Assembly (NCBI GenBank): GCA_963793305.1
Contig: CAWBZV010000006.1
Span: 1-64,000, forward strand
Origin: an uncultured Gemmatimonadales bacterium
GTDB lineage: Bacteria > Gemmatimonadota > Gemmatimonadetes > Gemmatimonadales > Gemmatimonadaceae
Length of the DNA stretch: 64,000 nt
Direction of reading: 5' to 3'
Below, piece by piece: positions 29,166 to 39,997 of this stretch. The notes under the pieces are model-generated. The model made no database searches and had not been told where the DNA came from. It saw only the letters and a list, made by a program, of their open reading frames with translations. Within the stretch, counting starts at the first letter, position 1; every line of letters starts with the position of its first letter. Position numbers and translations under genes: made by a program.

Positions 29166-29208
29166 AGCGGCCCGTGGGTAGGTATCCCACGGGCCGCTTT
29201 GTTTTTTT
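29166..29208 (+). terminator. Intrinsic terminator 13 nt upstream of the aspS start
   Basis: Perfect 13-bp stem AGCGGCCCGTGGG/CCCACGGGCCGCT followed by TTGTTTTTTT. Confidence 0.9.
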
Positions 29209-29221
29209 CTCCCTCTCACTT

Positions 29222-30454
29222 ATGACTCGCACACTGATCGCCAGCCTGGCAGCCCAAGCCGGTGCCCCAGTCCAAATCGCGGGCTTCGTGACAACGAAGC
29301 GCGTGCTCAAATCCATGGTCTTCTTGATCGTGGAAGATCGCACCGGCGCCGTCCAAGTAACCGTCCCCCGCACGGACGCCTGTGCCGCGCTCGCCACCGA
29401 GGTGACCCCGGGATCGGCGCTCACGGTGACCGGAGTTCCGGTGCTCAATCCAACCGTGAAACTCGGCGGGATAGAGCTGAACGCAACCGCGATCGATGTC
29501 GTCGGCCCAAGCGCGCCAGAGCTGCCGCCTGAGCACCAGCCTGAATGGCGTTTCCTGGCCCTGCGTCGCCCCGAGAATCGATTCGTGTTCGAGGTCCAGA
29601 CGACCATCGAGCGCGCGATGCGCGAGTACTGGGCCGAGCACGGCTTCTTGGAGCTCCATTCGCCCAAGCTGATGCACAGCGCCAGCGAATCCGGCTCCGA
29701 AACCTTCAGCATGCCGTATTTCGACCTCGGCCGCGCGTATCTCGCGCAATCACCACAGTTTTACAAGCAGATGGCGATGGCGGCCGGCTTCGATCGCGTC
29801 TTCGAGATCGGCCCCGTGTTTCGCGCCGAGCCATCGATGACACCTCGCCACGCGACCGAGTTCACCAGCGTCGACATCGAGATGTCGTGGATCGACTCGC
29901 ATGAAGACGTGATGCGATTCGAAGAGGGCATGTTGCGTCAGGTGATCATGGCCGTGAACCAATCGCACAGCCTCGGCGTTCCAGTGCCCTCGCTCCCCTT
30001 CCCTCGCCTCACGCTCGCCGCCGCACACGAGCGTCTCCGCGCGATGGGTCATACCGTCGCACCGACGACCCGTGCCGGCGACATTGACCCGGAGGGCGAA
30101 CGCCTGCTGTGCGGCGACGGTTTCTTGTTCCTCACCGAGTACCCATCATCCCTGCGCCCATTCTACCACATGCGCGAGGGAACCCTCACGCGGAGCTTCG
30201 ACCTGCTCTGGAAGGGCATCGAAATCACGACCGGCGCCCAACGGGAGCATCGGTATGACCTGCTCGCGCGACAGGCAAGCGAGGCAGGCCTCGGCGACTC
30301 CGTGTCGTATTATCTCGACTTCTTCAAGTACGGCTGCCCGCCGCACGGAGGGTTCGGTCTGGGCCTGGCGAGGTTGGTGATGTTGATGCTCGACCTGCCG
30401 AGCATCCGAGAGGCGACGTTCCTACACCGTAGCCCCAACCGGCTCACGCCTTAG
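29222..30454 (+). CDS. aspS: Archaeal-type (short) aspartyl-tRNA synthetase, probably non-discriminating Asp/Asn
   Basis: 410 aa with no GAD insertion; LAQSPQFYKQ, FEIGPVFRAE, EITTGAQREH and PPHGGFGLGLAR. Confidence 0.9.
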   Translation: MTRTLIASLAAQAGAPVQIAGFVTTKRVLKSMVFLIVEDRTGAVQVTVPRTDACAALATEVTPGSALTVTGVPVLNPTVKLGGIELNATAIDVVGPSAPELPPEHQPEWRFLALRRPENRFVFEVQTTIERAMREYWAEHGFLELHSPKLMHSASESGSETFSMPYFDLGRAYLAQSPQFYKQMAMAAGFDRVFEIGPVFRAEPSMTPRHATEFTSVDIEMSWIDSHEDVMRFEEGMLRQVIMAVNQSHSLGVPVPSLPFPRLTLAAAHERLRAMGHTVAPTTRAGDIDPEGERLLCGDGFLFLTEYPSSLRPFYHMREGTLTRSFDLLWKGIEITTGAQREHRYDLLARQASEAGLGDSVSYYLDFFKYGCPPHGGFGLGLARLVMLMLDLPSIREATFLHRSPNRLTP

Positions 30455-30470
30455 CTCCCAGCGAAAGCCC

Positions 30471-30551
30471 AAATATCAATTTGCCACAAATTGATATTTC
30501 GCTGATTCTAGCATAAATTGGCTAATATCAGTTTTCGCCAAATTGATATTC
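30471..30551. promoter_or_regulatory. Two tandem 29-bp AT-rich operator-like palindromes
   Basis: AAATATCAATTTG-CCA-CAAATTGATATTT (30471-30499, perfect) and TAATATCAGTTTTCGCCAAATTGATATTC (30523-30551). Confidence 0.7.
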
Positions 30552-30554
30552 CCC

Positions 30555-30932
30555 ATGAAGATCCCCTTAGCACCCCCGCCATACCTATCCCTCCTGAGCT
30601 CCGTTCTGTCGGGCCCTCAGGCCGCCCAGGATTTCGCGAATCTCCTCCTGAAGCGCACCGGCGTCACGGTCGACGGCAAGTATCGCCACTGGGATATCCT
30701 GCGTCACCTACAGCCACCGGAGGGATTTAGTACCGAGTCCTGGTGGCTGGCGATCAAGACGGCGCGCATGGCGGTCTATCAGCCCATCCCGATTCTCGGG
30801 TGCAATGGGCAATGGTTCCAACTTTCTGTTCCGGACGTGGCGCAGCGCATGCTTCACCAGATCGACCGGGATGCGAGCGGCACGATCGAGATTAGCGCTC
30901 AGGTCACGAATCCCCACACTCGCGACACGTAA
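30555..30932 (+). pseudogene. Truncated 5' part of a long Fic-family protein
   Basis: KYRHWDILRHLQPPEGFSTESWWLAIKTAR...LHQIDR resembles, from recall, the N-terminus of long Fic proteins; ends before any HPFxxGNGR motif. Confidence 0.65.
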
Positions 30933-32156
30933 CGCCGTAGCCGGTCCATGGCCGCGGCGACTTTGGGTAGCACGGCTTCGATCATCCTTACCGAGACCGC
31001 GCCGACGGAAAGCCGGAACCATCCGGTGTTCTCCTTGATGCCGAAGCCCTGGAACGGAACGGCCGCAAAGTCCGCCTCCCGCAGCAGCGTCGCGCGGATT
31101 TCTTCGTTCGTCCGCCCGGGTATCGCAAACCGCGCGCTCAGATAGATGGCTCCAGCGGGCCGCGACACCTCGATGCCGAGGACGCGCAGTCCGTCGTGCA
31201 GGGCATCGAGCCGTTCCTTGAGCTCACCTTCTGATGACCCGACTGTACGTCGCGACCGCGTCCGTCGCCGCGAGGAACATTGCGGTCGCGACCTGCTCGG
31301 GCCGCGGAGCCCATGTGCCGACGTCGGCGAGAAAGTCGCCCATGGCCCGGATGATGTCGTTGGGCCCCAGGACCCAGCCGACGCGTAGTCCGGTGGCCGC
31401 GAAGGCCTTCGAGATCGCGTCGACCGAGAGCGTATAGGGAGCCACGGCGGGACGCAGCGCCACCGGCGTCGCGTGCGGCGTGTCACCATAGGTCAGCGTC
31501 CAGTAGACCTGGTCATAGAGCAAATACAACGGCCGCTCGCGGTCACCCCGGCGGGCATTCTCCTCCACGACCAGGTCCGCGATACTCGCCAACACGTCGG
31601 GGTCGATCATCGTCCCCGTCGGATTGTTTGGTGAGTTGAGCACCAGGAGCCGTGCCTGTTGCACGAGCGGCTCGATCATGGCTCGCGTGGGGAGAAACCG
31701 CGTGGAGGCGTCACACACGATCGGCATCGGCCGCGCGCCGACGAGCTGGCAGTAGTTCCCGTACTGCCAACAGGGCAACGAATAGATGACGCCCTCCCCC
31801 GGATCAACCAGCGTCCGAAACGCCCCGTAGATCCCCGGCCGCGCCCCGGCCGTCACCAGCACGCCCTCAATCGGATAATCGAGCCCGAGCCCGACGCGGC
31901 TATAGATCTGAATCGCCTCGCGCAGCGAGGGCACACCCATCGGCGGCGGGTACACGGTCTGCCCGTACTTGAGGGCCGTCTCGATTCCTTCCCGCAATCC
32001 CGACGGTATCGGGAAATACGCCGGATCGAAATCGCCCACGGTGAGATTGCACACCTGCCGCCCCTCGGCGAGCAGCGCGCGCACCTCGGCCGCCATCTTG
32101 AGAATGGTCGACGGCGTCATCCCATCGGCCATGTGTGACACACGCGGAGGCGTCAT
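30899..32156 (-). CDS. Class I/II PLP-dependent aminotransferase; +1 frame break near 31230
   Basis: LNSPNNPTG, LYDQVY, ISKAFAATGLRVGW and GWFRLSVG. Confidence 0.9.
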
Positions 32157-32157
32157 A

Positions 32158-32916
32158 TCATCTCGCGGCAAACGCCGCGATCGCGTTACGGGTGAACGTC
32201 GAGAGCACGAGCCTACCGCTCATGGCCGCGCGCTCCTCGAGCCGCGCCGGCCAAGCGTCCGTGCCTTCCCAGAAGACCAGCTTGAGGGTGCGCATCGCAT
32301 CGGGATTCGACCGCGCCAACTGCCCCGCCAGCGCGGCCACCGCCTCGTCGAGCGCGGCGCCGTCGGATGCGACTTGCGCGAACAAACCGTGCCGCTCAGC
32401 CCAGTCGGCATTTCGCCAACCCGTCGCGTCGATGGCCAGCGCCTGGAACGCGCCGGTGCCGATTTTTCTTTCGATCGCCGGCCCGACGACGAATGGGCCG
32501 ATGCCCACGGCCAACTCGCTCAACTTCACGCTCGCCGCCGACGTCGCGATCGCATAATCGGCCGCGGCCACGATGCCCACGCCTCCCCCGACCGCTTTGC
32601 CGTGCACCCGCGCGATGATCAGCTTCGGGCAGCGCCGCATTGCGAGGATGACGCGAGCGAAACCGAGAAAGAATTCTTTTCCAGTAGCGGCATCCTCGAT
32701 GGCCCGTAGCTCGTCAAACGATGCCCCCGCACAAAACGGCCCCGGCTCATTGGATCGAAGCACGATAACGCGGGACGCCGCGTCAGCGGCGACCGCGTCA
32801 ATCGTGTCCGCAATCTGCTGGAGCAGCGCGCCAGGGAGAGAGTTGCCTTTCGGATGGCCAAACCGAACCGTCGCGATCCCGTCCGTCGTGTCGACCGATA
32901 CGTGCCCGGTTTCCAT
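32158..32916 (-). CDS. Enoyl-CoA hydratase/isomerase (PaaF-like role or methylglutaconyl-CoA hydratase-like)
   Basis: FCAGASFDEL, HGKAVGGGVG and LSELAVGIGP. Confidence 0.88.
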   Translation of the reverse strand: METGHVSVDTTDGIATVRFGHPKGNSLPGALLQQIADTIDAVAADAASRVIVLRSNEPGPFCAGASFDELRAIEDAATGKEFFLGFARVILAMRRCPKLIIARVHGKAVGGGVGIVAAADYAIATSAASVKLSELAVGIGPFVVGPAIERKIGTGAFQALAIDATGWRNADWAERHGLFAQVASDGAALDEAVAALAGQLARSNPDAMRTLKLVFWEGTDAWPARLEERAAMSGRLVLSTFTRNAIAAFAAR

Positions 32917-34989
32917 TTATTCGACTAAGAGGCGCTCGATCGCGCCGGCAATCCGGTCCGCATCGGGGAGCACGGCGCCGAGCAGATTTTCGTGATACGG
33001 CATTGGCACGTCCTCGACCGCTATGCGCTCGACCGGCGCATCGAGCCACCAGAACGCGTCCTTCGCCACGACCGCCGCGATCTCGGCCCCGAACCCGGCG
33101 GTGATCGTGTCCTCGTGGACGATGAGACATCTTCCGGTCTTCTGGACACTGTCCAAGACCGCCGCGCGATCCCAAGGGGCGATGGTTCGGAGATCAAAGA
33201 GCTCCACCCGATCGCCGAATCGCTCGGCCGCCGGCACGCACCGGTGCACCATGGCACCCCACGTCACGAGCGTGAGATCCTTCCCCTCCCGTAGTCGGCT
33301 GGCGCGCCCGAGTGGCACGATATAATCGTCGCCGGGATAGCGAGCACTCCCATCGCTCGTCATGAGCAACGACCGGTGCTCGAAGAAGATGCTGGGGTTC
33401 TTGGAGCGCATGGCGGAGCGCAGGAGTCCGACCGCGTCAGCGGCATTCGACGGCACGAGCACCTGCCAGCCGATGGCATGCGCCCACGTCACCTCGCTCG
33501 ACAGCGAGTGCCATGGGTCGCCGACGTCCTTGCCGAATCCCCCGGGCATTCTCACCACAATCGGCGCGGCGAATTGGTTGTTGGTTCTCCACCGCATGGT
33601 CCCGGTGTTGTTCAACTGCTCCGTTGCGGGGTCCGCGTACTTGCGAAACTGAATCTCGGCCACCGGCATGAGGCCGGAGATGGCCATGCCGACGGATCGG
33701 CCGATGATCCCTTCTTCGGACAGGCTCGTGTCGAACACCCGAGCGGCGCCGAATCGCTTTTGTAGGCCCTCGGTGACGAGGTGCACGCCGCCTTTTACGC
33801 CGACGTCTTCGCCGAACACGAGTACCTTCGGGTTCACTTCCAGCTCGTGCGCCAGCGTCCGCCTCACGGCCTCGGCAAATCGCACAGGCGACCCCTCTTC
33901 GTGTTTCTCGGTCGTCCCTCCGAGCGCCGCGATCTCGGCATCGGACAATCCGCCGAGTGTGTCGCCCCCCGGCTCGGCATACACGTACCGCCGGACCGTC
34001 GACGCATCCGGCGCTGCGCGTTTGCGCGCGCGGGCCAACGCGTCGTTGACGTCGGCCTGGACCTCGCGCTCAATGCTGGCCCATTCCTCCGGCGAGAACA
34101 TGGAACGCAGGCGTGGGAGAGGGTCCCGAGTCCAATCCGCGGCGATCTCGGATTCCGTGCGATAGCCGAGTTGATTGTCGGGACCCGAGTGGCTGGAAAG
34201 CCGTGGGACGGTGAGTCGAATCAGGGCGGGTCCATGGCCGCCGCGAACGTGTCGAACCACTTCGGCCAGGAGGCGAGCCGCGGCCAGCGGGTCCGTGCCA
34301 TCGCCGTCGCGCACGAGCAGATTCCCGAACGACGCGAGGTTCTCGGCGATATTCCCGCCGGGCGTCTGCATCTCCCCGCGCACCGAGATGCCGAGCCCAT
34401 TGTCCTCGACATAAAACAGCATGGGAAGCCTGAGCGTTGTCGCCATCGTGAGGGCCGACCAGAACCCATTCGTCGCGACGGATGCCTCGCCGCCGAGGGC
34501 GACCGCAATCGAGCCATCATAGCTCGCATTGCCCAGCACGTCGCGATGATAGCGGATCGCCTGGGCCCACCCCGCGGTTGGCGTGTACTGGCTTCCCACA
34601 TCGCCCGACATCGGCAGCACGATGGGTGCGTCGCGTCGCGGGAGATTGCACACGACGCCAATGTCGCGCCCGCCGGAGAATCCGCCCACGCGACCGAGCG
34701 GACTCGCCAGCGCGTCCTCGATCGATAGACCGAGGGAGAGCAAGAAGGGTCGCGAGCGATAGTACGCGCCGGCCCCGTCGTGCGCGTGATCCAGCATGGA
34801 CCCGAGGATCACTTGTGCCATCTCGTGCCCGCGCGCCGAGAACTGATATAACACCAGGTGCTCGCGTGGGACGGTCGCCTTGTTCTTGTTCGTCGCCTCC
34901 TCGACATCGTCGAGCGCCCGCGACACGAGGGTCTGGTAGGCGATCCGCCGCCACTGGGTCCCGATCAGCGTCTCAGCCGCTACGGTCAT
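32917..34989 (-). CDS. Fused alpha/beta E1 of a ThDP-dependent 2-oxoacid dehydrogenase (branched-chain type)
   Basis: FSARGHE, VEDNG, SHSGPD, FGEDVG, FDTSLSEEGI and AEIQFRKY; ATGA overlap with paaD. Confidence 0.9.
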   Translation of the reverse strand: MTVAAETLIGTQWRRIAYQTLVSRALDDVEEATNKNKATVPREHLVLYQFSARGHEMAQVILGSMLDHAHDGAGAYYRSRPFLLSLGLSIEDALASPLGRVGGFSGGRDIGVVCNLPRRDAPIVLPMSGDVGSQYTPTAGWAQAIRYHRDVLGNASYDGSIAVALGGEASVATNGFWSALTMATTLRLPMLFYVEDNGLGISVRGEMQTPGGNIAENLASFGNLLVRDGDGTDPLAAARLLAEVVRHVRGGHGPALIRLTVPRLSSHSGPDNQLGYRTESEIAADWTRDPLPRLRSMFSPEEWASIEREVQADVNDALARARKRAAPDASTVRRYVYAEPGGDTLGGLSDAEIAALGGTTEKHEEGSPVRFAEAVRRTLAHELEVNPKVLVFGEDVGVKGGVHLVTEGLQKRFGAARVFDTSLSEEGIIGRSVGMAISGLMPVAEIQFRKYADPATEQLNNTGTMRWRTNNQFAAPIVVRMPGGFGKDVGDPWHSLSSEVTWAHAIGWQVLVPSNAADAVGLLRSAMRSKNPSIFFEHRSLLMTSDGSARYPGDDYIVPLGRASRLREGKDLTLVTWGAMVHRCVPAAERFGDRVELFDLRTIAPWDRAAVLDSVQKTGRCLIVHEDTITAGFGAEIAAVVAKDAFWWLDAPVERIAVEDVPMPYHENLLGAVLPDADRIAGAIERLLVE

Positions 34990-35438
34990 ATCGCTTTGAA
35001 CAGCTCGAAGGGTTGCTCGCACGCGCGACAATACATGAGCGCCTTGCACGCGGTCGGCCCGAACTCACTCCGCATCGCCGTCTCGCGCGAGCCGCAGAAC
35101 GGACACACCACGGGACGCGTGAGCGGCACAAGCTCCGGAGGCGCGATGCCATACGCCGCCAGCTTCCGGCGTGCCTCGGGTTTGACCCAATCCGTGGACC
35201 ACGCGGGCGCATACACGGTGCGCACGTGGACGTTCGGCCATCCGCCCGCGTGCAGCGCGGAGACGATGTCTTCCTCGATCACGTGCATGGCCGGACACCC
35301 CGAATACGTCGGCGTGATCGAGACCGTGACGGCGCCCTCGGCGTCGACCTCCACGTCGCGGACGATCCCGAGATCGACGACGCTGAGCGCCGGAACCTCG
35401 GGATCCATGACCGTCTCGAGGACGTCCCAGACTACCAT
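34986..35438 (-). CDS. paaD: Phenylacetyl-CoA epoxidase subunit D
   Basis: DPEVPALSVVDLGIVR, TPTYSGCPA, CPFCGS and FGPTACKALMYC. Confidence 0.95.
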   Translation of the reverse strand: MVVWDVLETVMDPEVPALSVVDLGIVRDVEVDAEGAVTVSITPTYSGCPAMHVIEEDIVSALHAGGWPNVHVRTVYAPAWSTDWVKPEARRKLAAYGIAPPELVPLTRPVVCPFCGSRETAMRSEFGPTACKALMYCRACEQPFELFKAI

Positions 35439-36154
35439 TTCGCTCCCGGGTGCGATCGCTGCAGGATCTGCATCTCGGACAGCAGGTGTCCCAGGGCCTC
35501 GGTATGCCGACCCTGACGACCGCCGCGCTGCATGTAGCCGTCGTCGGGCACCGTCAACGTGGCCCGATGGATGACGTCCGTGACCGTCTCACGCCACTGC
35601 GCCGGGTCGAGCCTCGGCACCACGCGCTCGGCGATGAGTGTCTCGTCGACCGCGTCCATCAGAAACAACTCGCCCGTGTACCGCCACAAGGCGTTCAGCG
35701 CATCCTGTGCCCGCCGATGGCTCTCTTCGGTGCCGTCGCCGAGCTTGAGGACCCAGTCGCCGGCGTGACGGACGTGATAGCGAGTTTCTTTTGTCGCCTT
35801 CGCCGCGATTCCGCCAAGGTCCGCGTTGGTGCTGCGCGAGAGCGCTTCCATCTGGCACAACGCGGCCGCGCTGAACAGAAACTGCCGGATGATCGTGAAC
35901 GCAAAATCCCCTTTGGGCAATTCCACGATCAAGGCGTTTTGATAGTCGATCCCGTCGCGGAGATAGGCCAACTGGTCGGGATCGCCGACGAGTCCATAAA
36001 AGAGGTTTGCTTGGCCGATGAGATCGAGCGCGATGTTCGCCAGCGCGATGTCTTCTTCGAGTATTGGCGCGTGCCCACACCACTCGGACAGCCGATGGCC
36101 GAGGACCAACCGGTCGTCGGCGAGCCGCAAGCAATATGTGTAGAGGGGTTCCAC
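35432..36154 (-). CDS. paaC: Phenylacetyl-CoA epoxidase subunit C
   Basis: LGHRLSEWCGHAPILEEDIALANIALDLIGQA. Confidence 0.96.
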   Translation of the reverse strand: MEPLYTYCLRLADDRLVLGHRLSEWCGHAPILEEDIALANIALDLIGQANLFYGLVGDPDQLAYLRDGIDYQNALIVELPKGDFAFTIIRQFLFSAAALCQMEALSRSTNADLGGIAAKATKETRYHVRHAGDWVLKLGDGTEESHRRAQDALNALWRYTGELFLMDAVDETLIAERVVPRLDPAQWRETVTDVIHRATLTVPDDGYMQRGGRQGRHTEALGHLLSEMQILQRSHPGAKW

Positions 36155-36444
36155 TACACGCGCACGCCGCGCGGCGACGTGTAGAACTGGGGATGCCGAT
36201 ACGGCTTGTCGTTCCCGGGCTCGAAGAAGGGCCCTTGATCCTCGGGCGTGGACGCCGTGATAGCCGCGGTCGGGACGACCCAGATGTTCACCGCCTCGCC
36301 TCGGCGCGCATACACATCACGGGCGTTCTGCAGCGCGCTTTCCGCGTCGACCGCATGTACGCTGCCGGCGTGCTCGAACGGCGCGCCGCCCGGCGGCTGC
36401 ACGAACACCTCCCACAGCGGCCACTCCCCGCTGCCGCTCATCAA
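36154..36444 (-). CDS. paaB: Phenylacetyl-CoA epoxidase subunit B
   Basis: [22 protein letters not shown] and KPYRHPQFY. Confidence 0.96.
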   Translation of the reverse strand: MMSGSGEWPLWEVFVQPPGGAPFEHAGSVHAVDAESALQNARDVYARRGEAVNIWVVPTAAITASTPEDQGPFFEPGNDKPYRHPQFYTSPRGVRV

Positions 36445-37355
36445 TTCGCGTGCTTGGCGGCATACGCCTCAGCCGCCTGCCTGACCCACGCACCGTCCCG
36501 GTGCGCGGCGTTCCTGGCTTCGAGCCGCTCGCGATTGCACGGACCGTCGCCACGCACGACCCGGTGGAACTCATCCCAATCGATGGGTCCGAAGTCCCAG
36601 TCGCCGGTCGTCTCGTTGTATTTGAGCGCCGGATCTGGCAACGTGAGCTCGATGGCCTTGGCCTGCCCGACGCTCAGGTTCACGAACCGCTGGCGCAGCT
36701 CATCGTTGCCCTTGCGTTTCACGCCCCACTTCGTGAGCTCGGCCGAGTTTGGCGAGTCTTTGTCGGACGGGCCGAACATCATGAGCGACGGCCACCACCA
36801 CCGGTCGACCGCATCCTGCGCCATGCGGTGCTGCTCCGGCGTGCCGGCGGCCAACGTCGCCATGATCTCATAGCCCTGGCGCTTATGAAAATTCTCTTCT
36901 TTGCAAATACGAATCATCGCGCGGGCATATGGCCCGTACGACGCCTTCGCCAGCATGGTCTGATTGACGATGGCCGCTCCGTCAACAAACCAGCCGATGG
37001 CCCCGATATCCGCCCAAGTGAGCGTCGGGTAATTAAAGATGCTGGAGTACTTCGCCTTGCCCGTCAGCAACTGGTCGATAAGCTCGGCGCGGTCAATGCC
37101 GAGAGTCTCGGCGCCGCAGTAGATATATAGTCCGTGGCCGGCCTCGTCCTGGACCTTGGCCAGGAGGCCCATCTTTCGGCGCAGCGTGGGAGCGCGCGTG
37201 ATCCAGTTCCCTTCCGGGAGCATGCCGACGATCTCCGAATGCGCGTGCTGCGACATCATTCGGATGAGCTGCTTCCGATACCGCTCCGGCATCCAGTCTT
37301 TTGGCTCGATCGTCTCGCCGGCCGCTATCCGGGCGTCGAACTCAGTCTCCTGCAT
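36441..37355 (-). CDS. paaA: Phenylacetyl-CoA epoxidase subunit A
   Basis: [29 protein letters not shown] and KVQDEAGHG. Confidence 0.97.
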   Translation of the reverse strand: MQETEFDARIAAGETIEPKDWMPERYRKQLIRMMSQHAHSEIVGMLPEGNWITRAPTLRRKMGLLAKVQDEAGHGLYIYCGAETLGIDRAELIDQLLTGKAKYSSIFNYPTLTWADIGAIGWFVDGAAIVNQTMLAKASYGPYARAMIRICKEENFHKRQGYEIMATLAAGTPEQHRMAQDAVDRWWWPSLMMFGPSDKDSPNSAELTKWGVKRKGNDELRQRFVNLSVGQAKAIELTLPDPALKYNETTGDWDFGPIDWDEFHRVVRGDGPCNRERLEARNAAHRDGAWVRQAAEAYAAKHAN

Positions 37356-39394
37356 GCTGTAATTTACGCACCAGCGTCAGGATCGTGTAGACGGCCACCG
37401 GCTCGGCGTTCTGGTTCGTCACCTCGACGTCCCAATGGACAACCCCCTGCGGGATTTGTCCCTCTTTGTCCTCTTTGGCCGTCTTCTGCTTACAGGTGAG
37501 TCGAACCTGGATCGTATCGCCGACGTACACCGGCTTGACGAACCGCAAGTTCTCCAGGCCGTAATTCGCCAGAACTGGCCCCGGCGCCGGGTCCACAAAG
37601 AGCCCCGCCGCCGCCGACAGCACGAAGTACCCATGAGCGACCCGCTTCTCGAAAATCGAGTCCTTGGCCGCGATGTCGTCCATGTGCGCGTAAAAGAAGT
37701 CCCCACTGATCCCGGCAAAGTTGACGATATCGCTCTCCGTGACCGTGCGCCGGTGCGTGTGCAGCGTCTCGCCGATCTCGAGCTCCTCGAAGTGTTTCCG
37801 GAACGGATGCACCCGATCGGAGATCTCCTGCGCCTTTGGCGTCCACTCATGCGTGACCGCGGTCAACACGCTCGGCGAGCCCTGAATCGCCGTTCGCTGC
37901 ATATAGTGAAGGACACCTCGGACCCCACCCATTTCCTCTCCACCGCCAGCTCTGCCAGGCCCACCATGGATGCAGATGCGGTAGCGGCGAGCCATGCCCG
38001 GTGGACTCCTTGGCACTCGTGCGATCCACGATCATGAGCCGCCCATGATACGCCGCGGTCCCCAGCGTCACGGTCCGCGCGATGCCGGGATCGGCGGTAA
38101 AGAGCGACCCTACGAGCGACCCCCGCCCCAGCTTCGCCAGCTCCACCGCCTCGTCGATGTTCTTGTACGGCATGACCGTGTTCACGGGGCCAAAGGCCTC
38201 GACATCGTGCGGCGCTGTCTTGTCGAACGGCCGATCATCGTAGAGTAGCAGCGTCGGGAAGAACGCCCCTCGCTCGGCGCTCGCCCCCACGACCTTCATG
38301 CTCTCGAACCCGCCATGGACCACCTCGGCGGCCTGCCGGAGCTTGGCCACGCTCTCGCCGACCTCCCGCACCTGCGTGCGCCCTGCCAGTGGTCCCATGC
38401 GCACGCCTTCGCACGATGGGTCGCCAATCGTCACGCCGCTCAGCCGCTGCGTCAGCGCCTTGATGACGTCCTCGACCATCGACTCGGGCACGATGCTGCG
38501 ACGGATCGCCGTGCACTTCTGGCCCGCTTTGACCGTCATCTCGCGTACGACTTCTTTAATAAAGAGATCAAATTCGTCGGTGCCCGGGCGCGAATCCATC
38601 CCGAGCATGGAGAAGTTGAGCGAATCGGCCTCTTGGTTGAACCGAACCGAATTCTCGATCATCGCTTTGCCGGTCTTGAGCGCACGCCCGGTCGAAGCCG
38701 ATCCAGTAAACGCGACCGAATCCTGACACGTGACATGATCGAGCAAGTCGCCGGCGCTCCCGCACAGCAGCTGGAAAGCACCGGCGGGCAGTATCCCTGA
38801 CTCGACCATCGCATGGGCAACGGATTCAGTCAGAAATGACGTCACCGTGGCGGGCTTGACGATCGAAGGCACGCCGGCGAGAAACGCGGTCGAGAATTTC
38901 TCGAGCATCCCCCACACGGGAAAATTGAACGCATTGATCTCGATCGCCGCGCCTTCCATGGGGACGCAAATGTGCCGCCCGACAAACGTGCCGCCCTTGG
39001 AGATCATCTCCGTGGCGCCGTCGACATAGAACGTCTCGTCGGAAAAATCGCGACGCCCACGGCTGCCGTACGCGAACAACGTCCCGAACCCGCCATCGAT
39101 ATCGATCCACGAGTCCGTTTTCGTAGCGCCGGTGGCCTTCGATACCTCGTAGAACGCCTCTTTGCGCTCGGTGAGATACTGACCCAGCGCTTTGAGCATC
39201 CGCGCCCGCTCATGAAACGTCAGCGCGCGTAACTTCGGCCCGCCGACACTCCGCGCATACGCGAGCACGCCGCGCATGTCGATCCCGCTCGTGCTCGCCT
39301 CGGCGAACTTCTCCCCAGTGACCGCATTGAACAGATCAGTCGCCGGCCCGGCGCACTGGACCCATTCACCCTGCACATAATTTTCGAGTCGCAT
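37342..39394 (-). CDS. paaZ: Bifunctional oxepin-CoA hydrolase / aldehyde dehydrogenase PaaZ; +1 frame break near 37972
   Basis: ALDH domain ([51 protein letters not shown]) plus MaoC domain ([18 protein letters not shown]). Confidence 0.95.
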
Positions 39395-39396
39395 AG

Positions 39397-39993
39397 TTAC
39401 TCGTGTCTCCGCTCGTGCCATGTCTCGTACACCGCCGTCTGCGGTCGTCGATCGTCGGGCACCGTCCGCAGCGGCTCGCACCGAACGAGCGTCGCGTGCA
39501 GTCGCGCCGGCAGTTGCTGATACAGTTTGGTGCCTTCGGTCTTCCACGCGAGCATATCGTCACTCACGTCCTTGACGACCCGCGCGGGGTTGCCCACGAT
39601 GACTTTTCGTTCATCGACCCGCATATCTGCCGGTATAAACGTCAATGCCCCGACGATGCTGCCAGCGCCCACCGACGCGCGGTCCATCACCACCGCATTC
39701 ATGCCAACCAACACGTTGCGCCCGATGTGCGCCCCATGGATGACGGCCCCGTGCCCGATATGCGCCCCGGCCTCCAAGAGGACGGTGACACCAGGGAACG
39801 AGTGGATGACACACGTCTCCTGGACGTTGCACCCATCCTCGATGACGATCCCACCCCAATCTCCGCGGATCGCCGCACTCGGACCGACGTACACATCGCG
39901 CCCGATGATCACATTGCCGATAATCGTCGCGCTGTCATGCACGAACGCCGATTCGTGCACCACCGGCCGATACCCATCGAACTCGAAATACAC
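39397..39993 (-). CDS. paaY: PaaY-like hexapeptide-repeat (gamma carbonic anhydrase family) protein
   Basis: AIRGDWG, NVQETCVIH, HIGHGAVIHG and WKTEGTKLYQ. Confidence 0.88.
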   Translation of the reverse strand: MYFEFDGYRPVVHESAFVHDSATIIGNVIIGRDVYVGPSAAIRGDWGGIVIEDGCNVQETCVIHSFPGVTVLLEAGAHIGHGAVIHGAHIGRNVLVGMNAVVMDRASVGAGSIVGALTFIPADMRVDERKVIVGNPARVVKDVSDDMLAWKTEGTKLYQQLPARLHATLVRCEPLRTVPDDRRPQTAVYETWHERRHE

Positions 39994-39997
39994 GTCG

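Noticed and set aside
29088..29221. T-box riboswitch upstream of aspS
   Set aside because: The region is short and lacks the UGGNACC T-box bulge and Stem I motifs; the leader-peptide model fits better.
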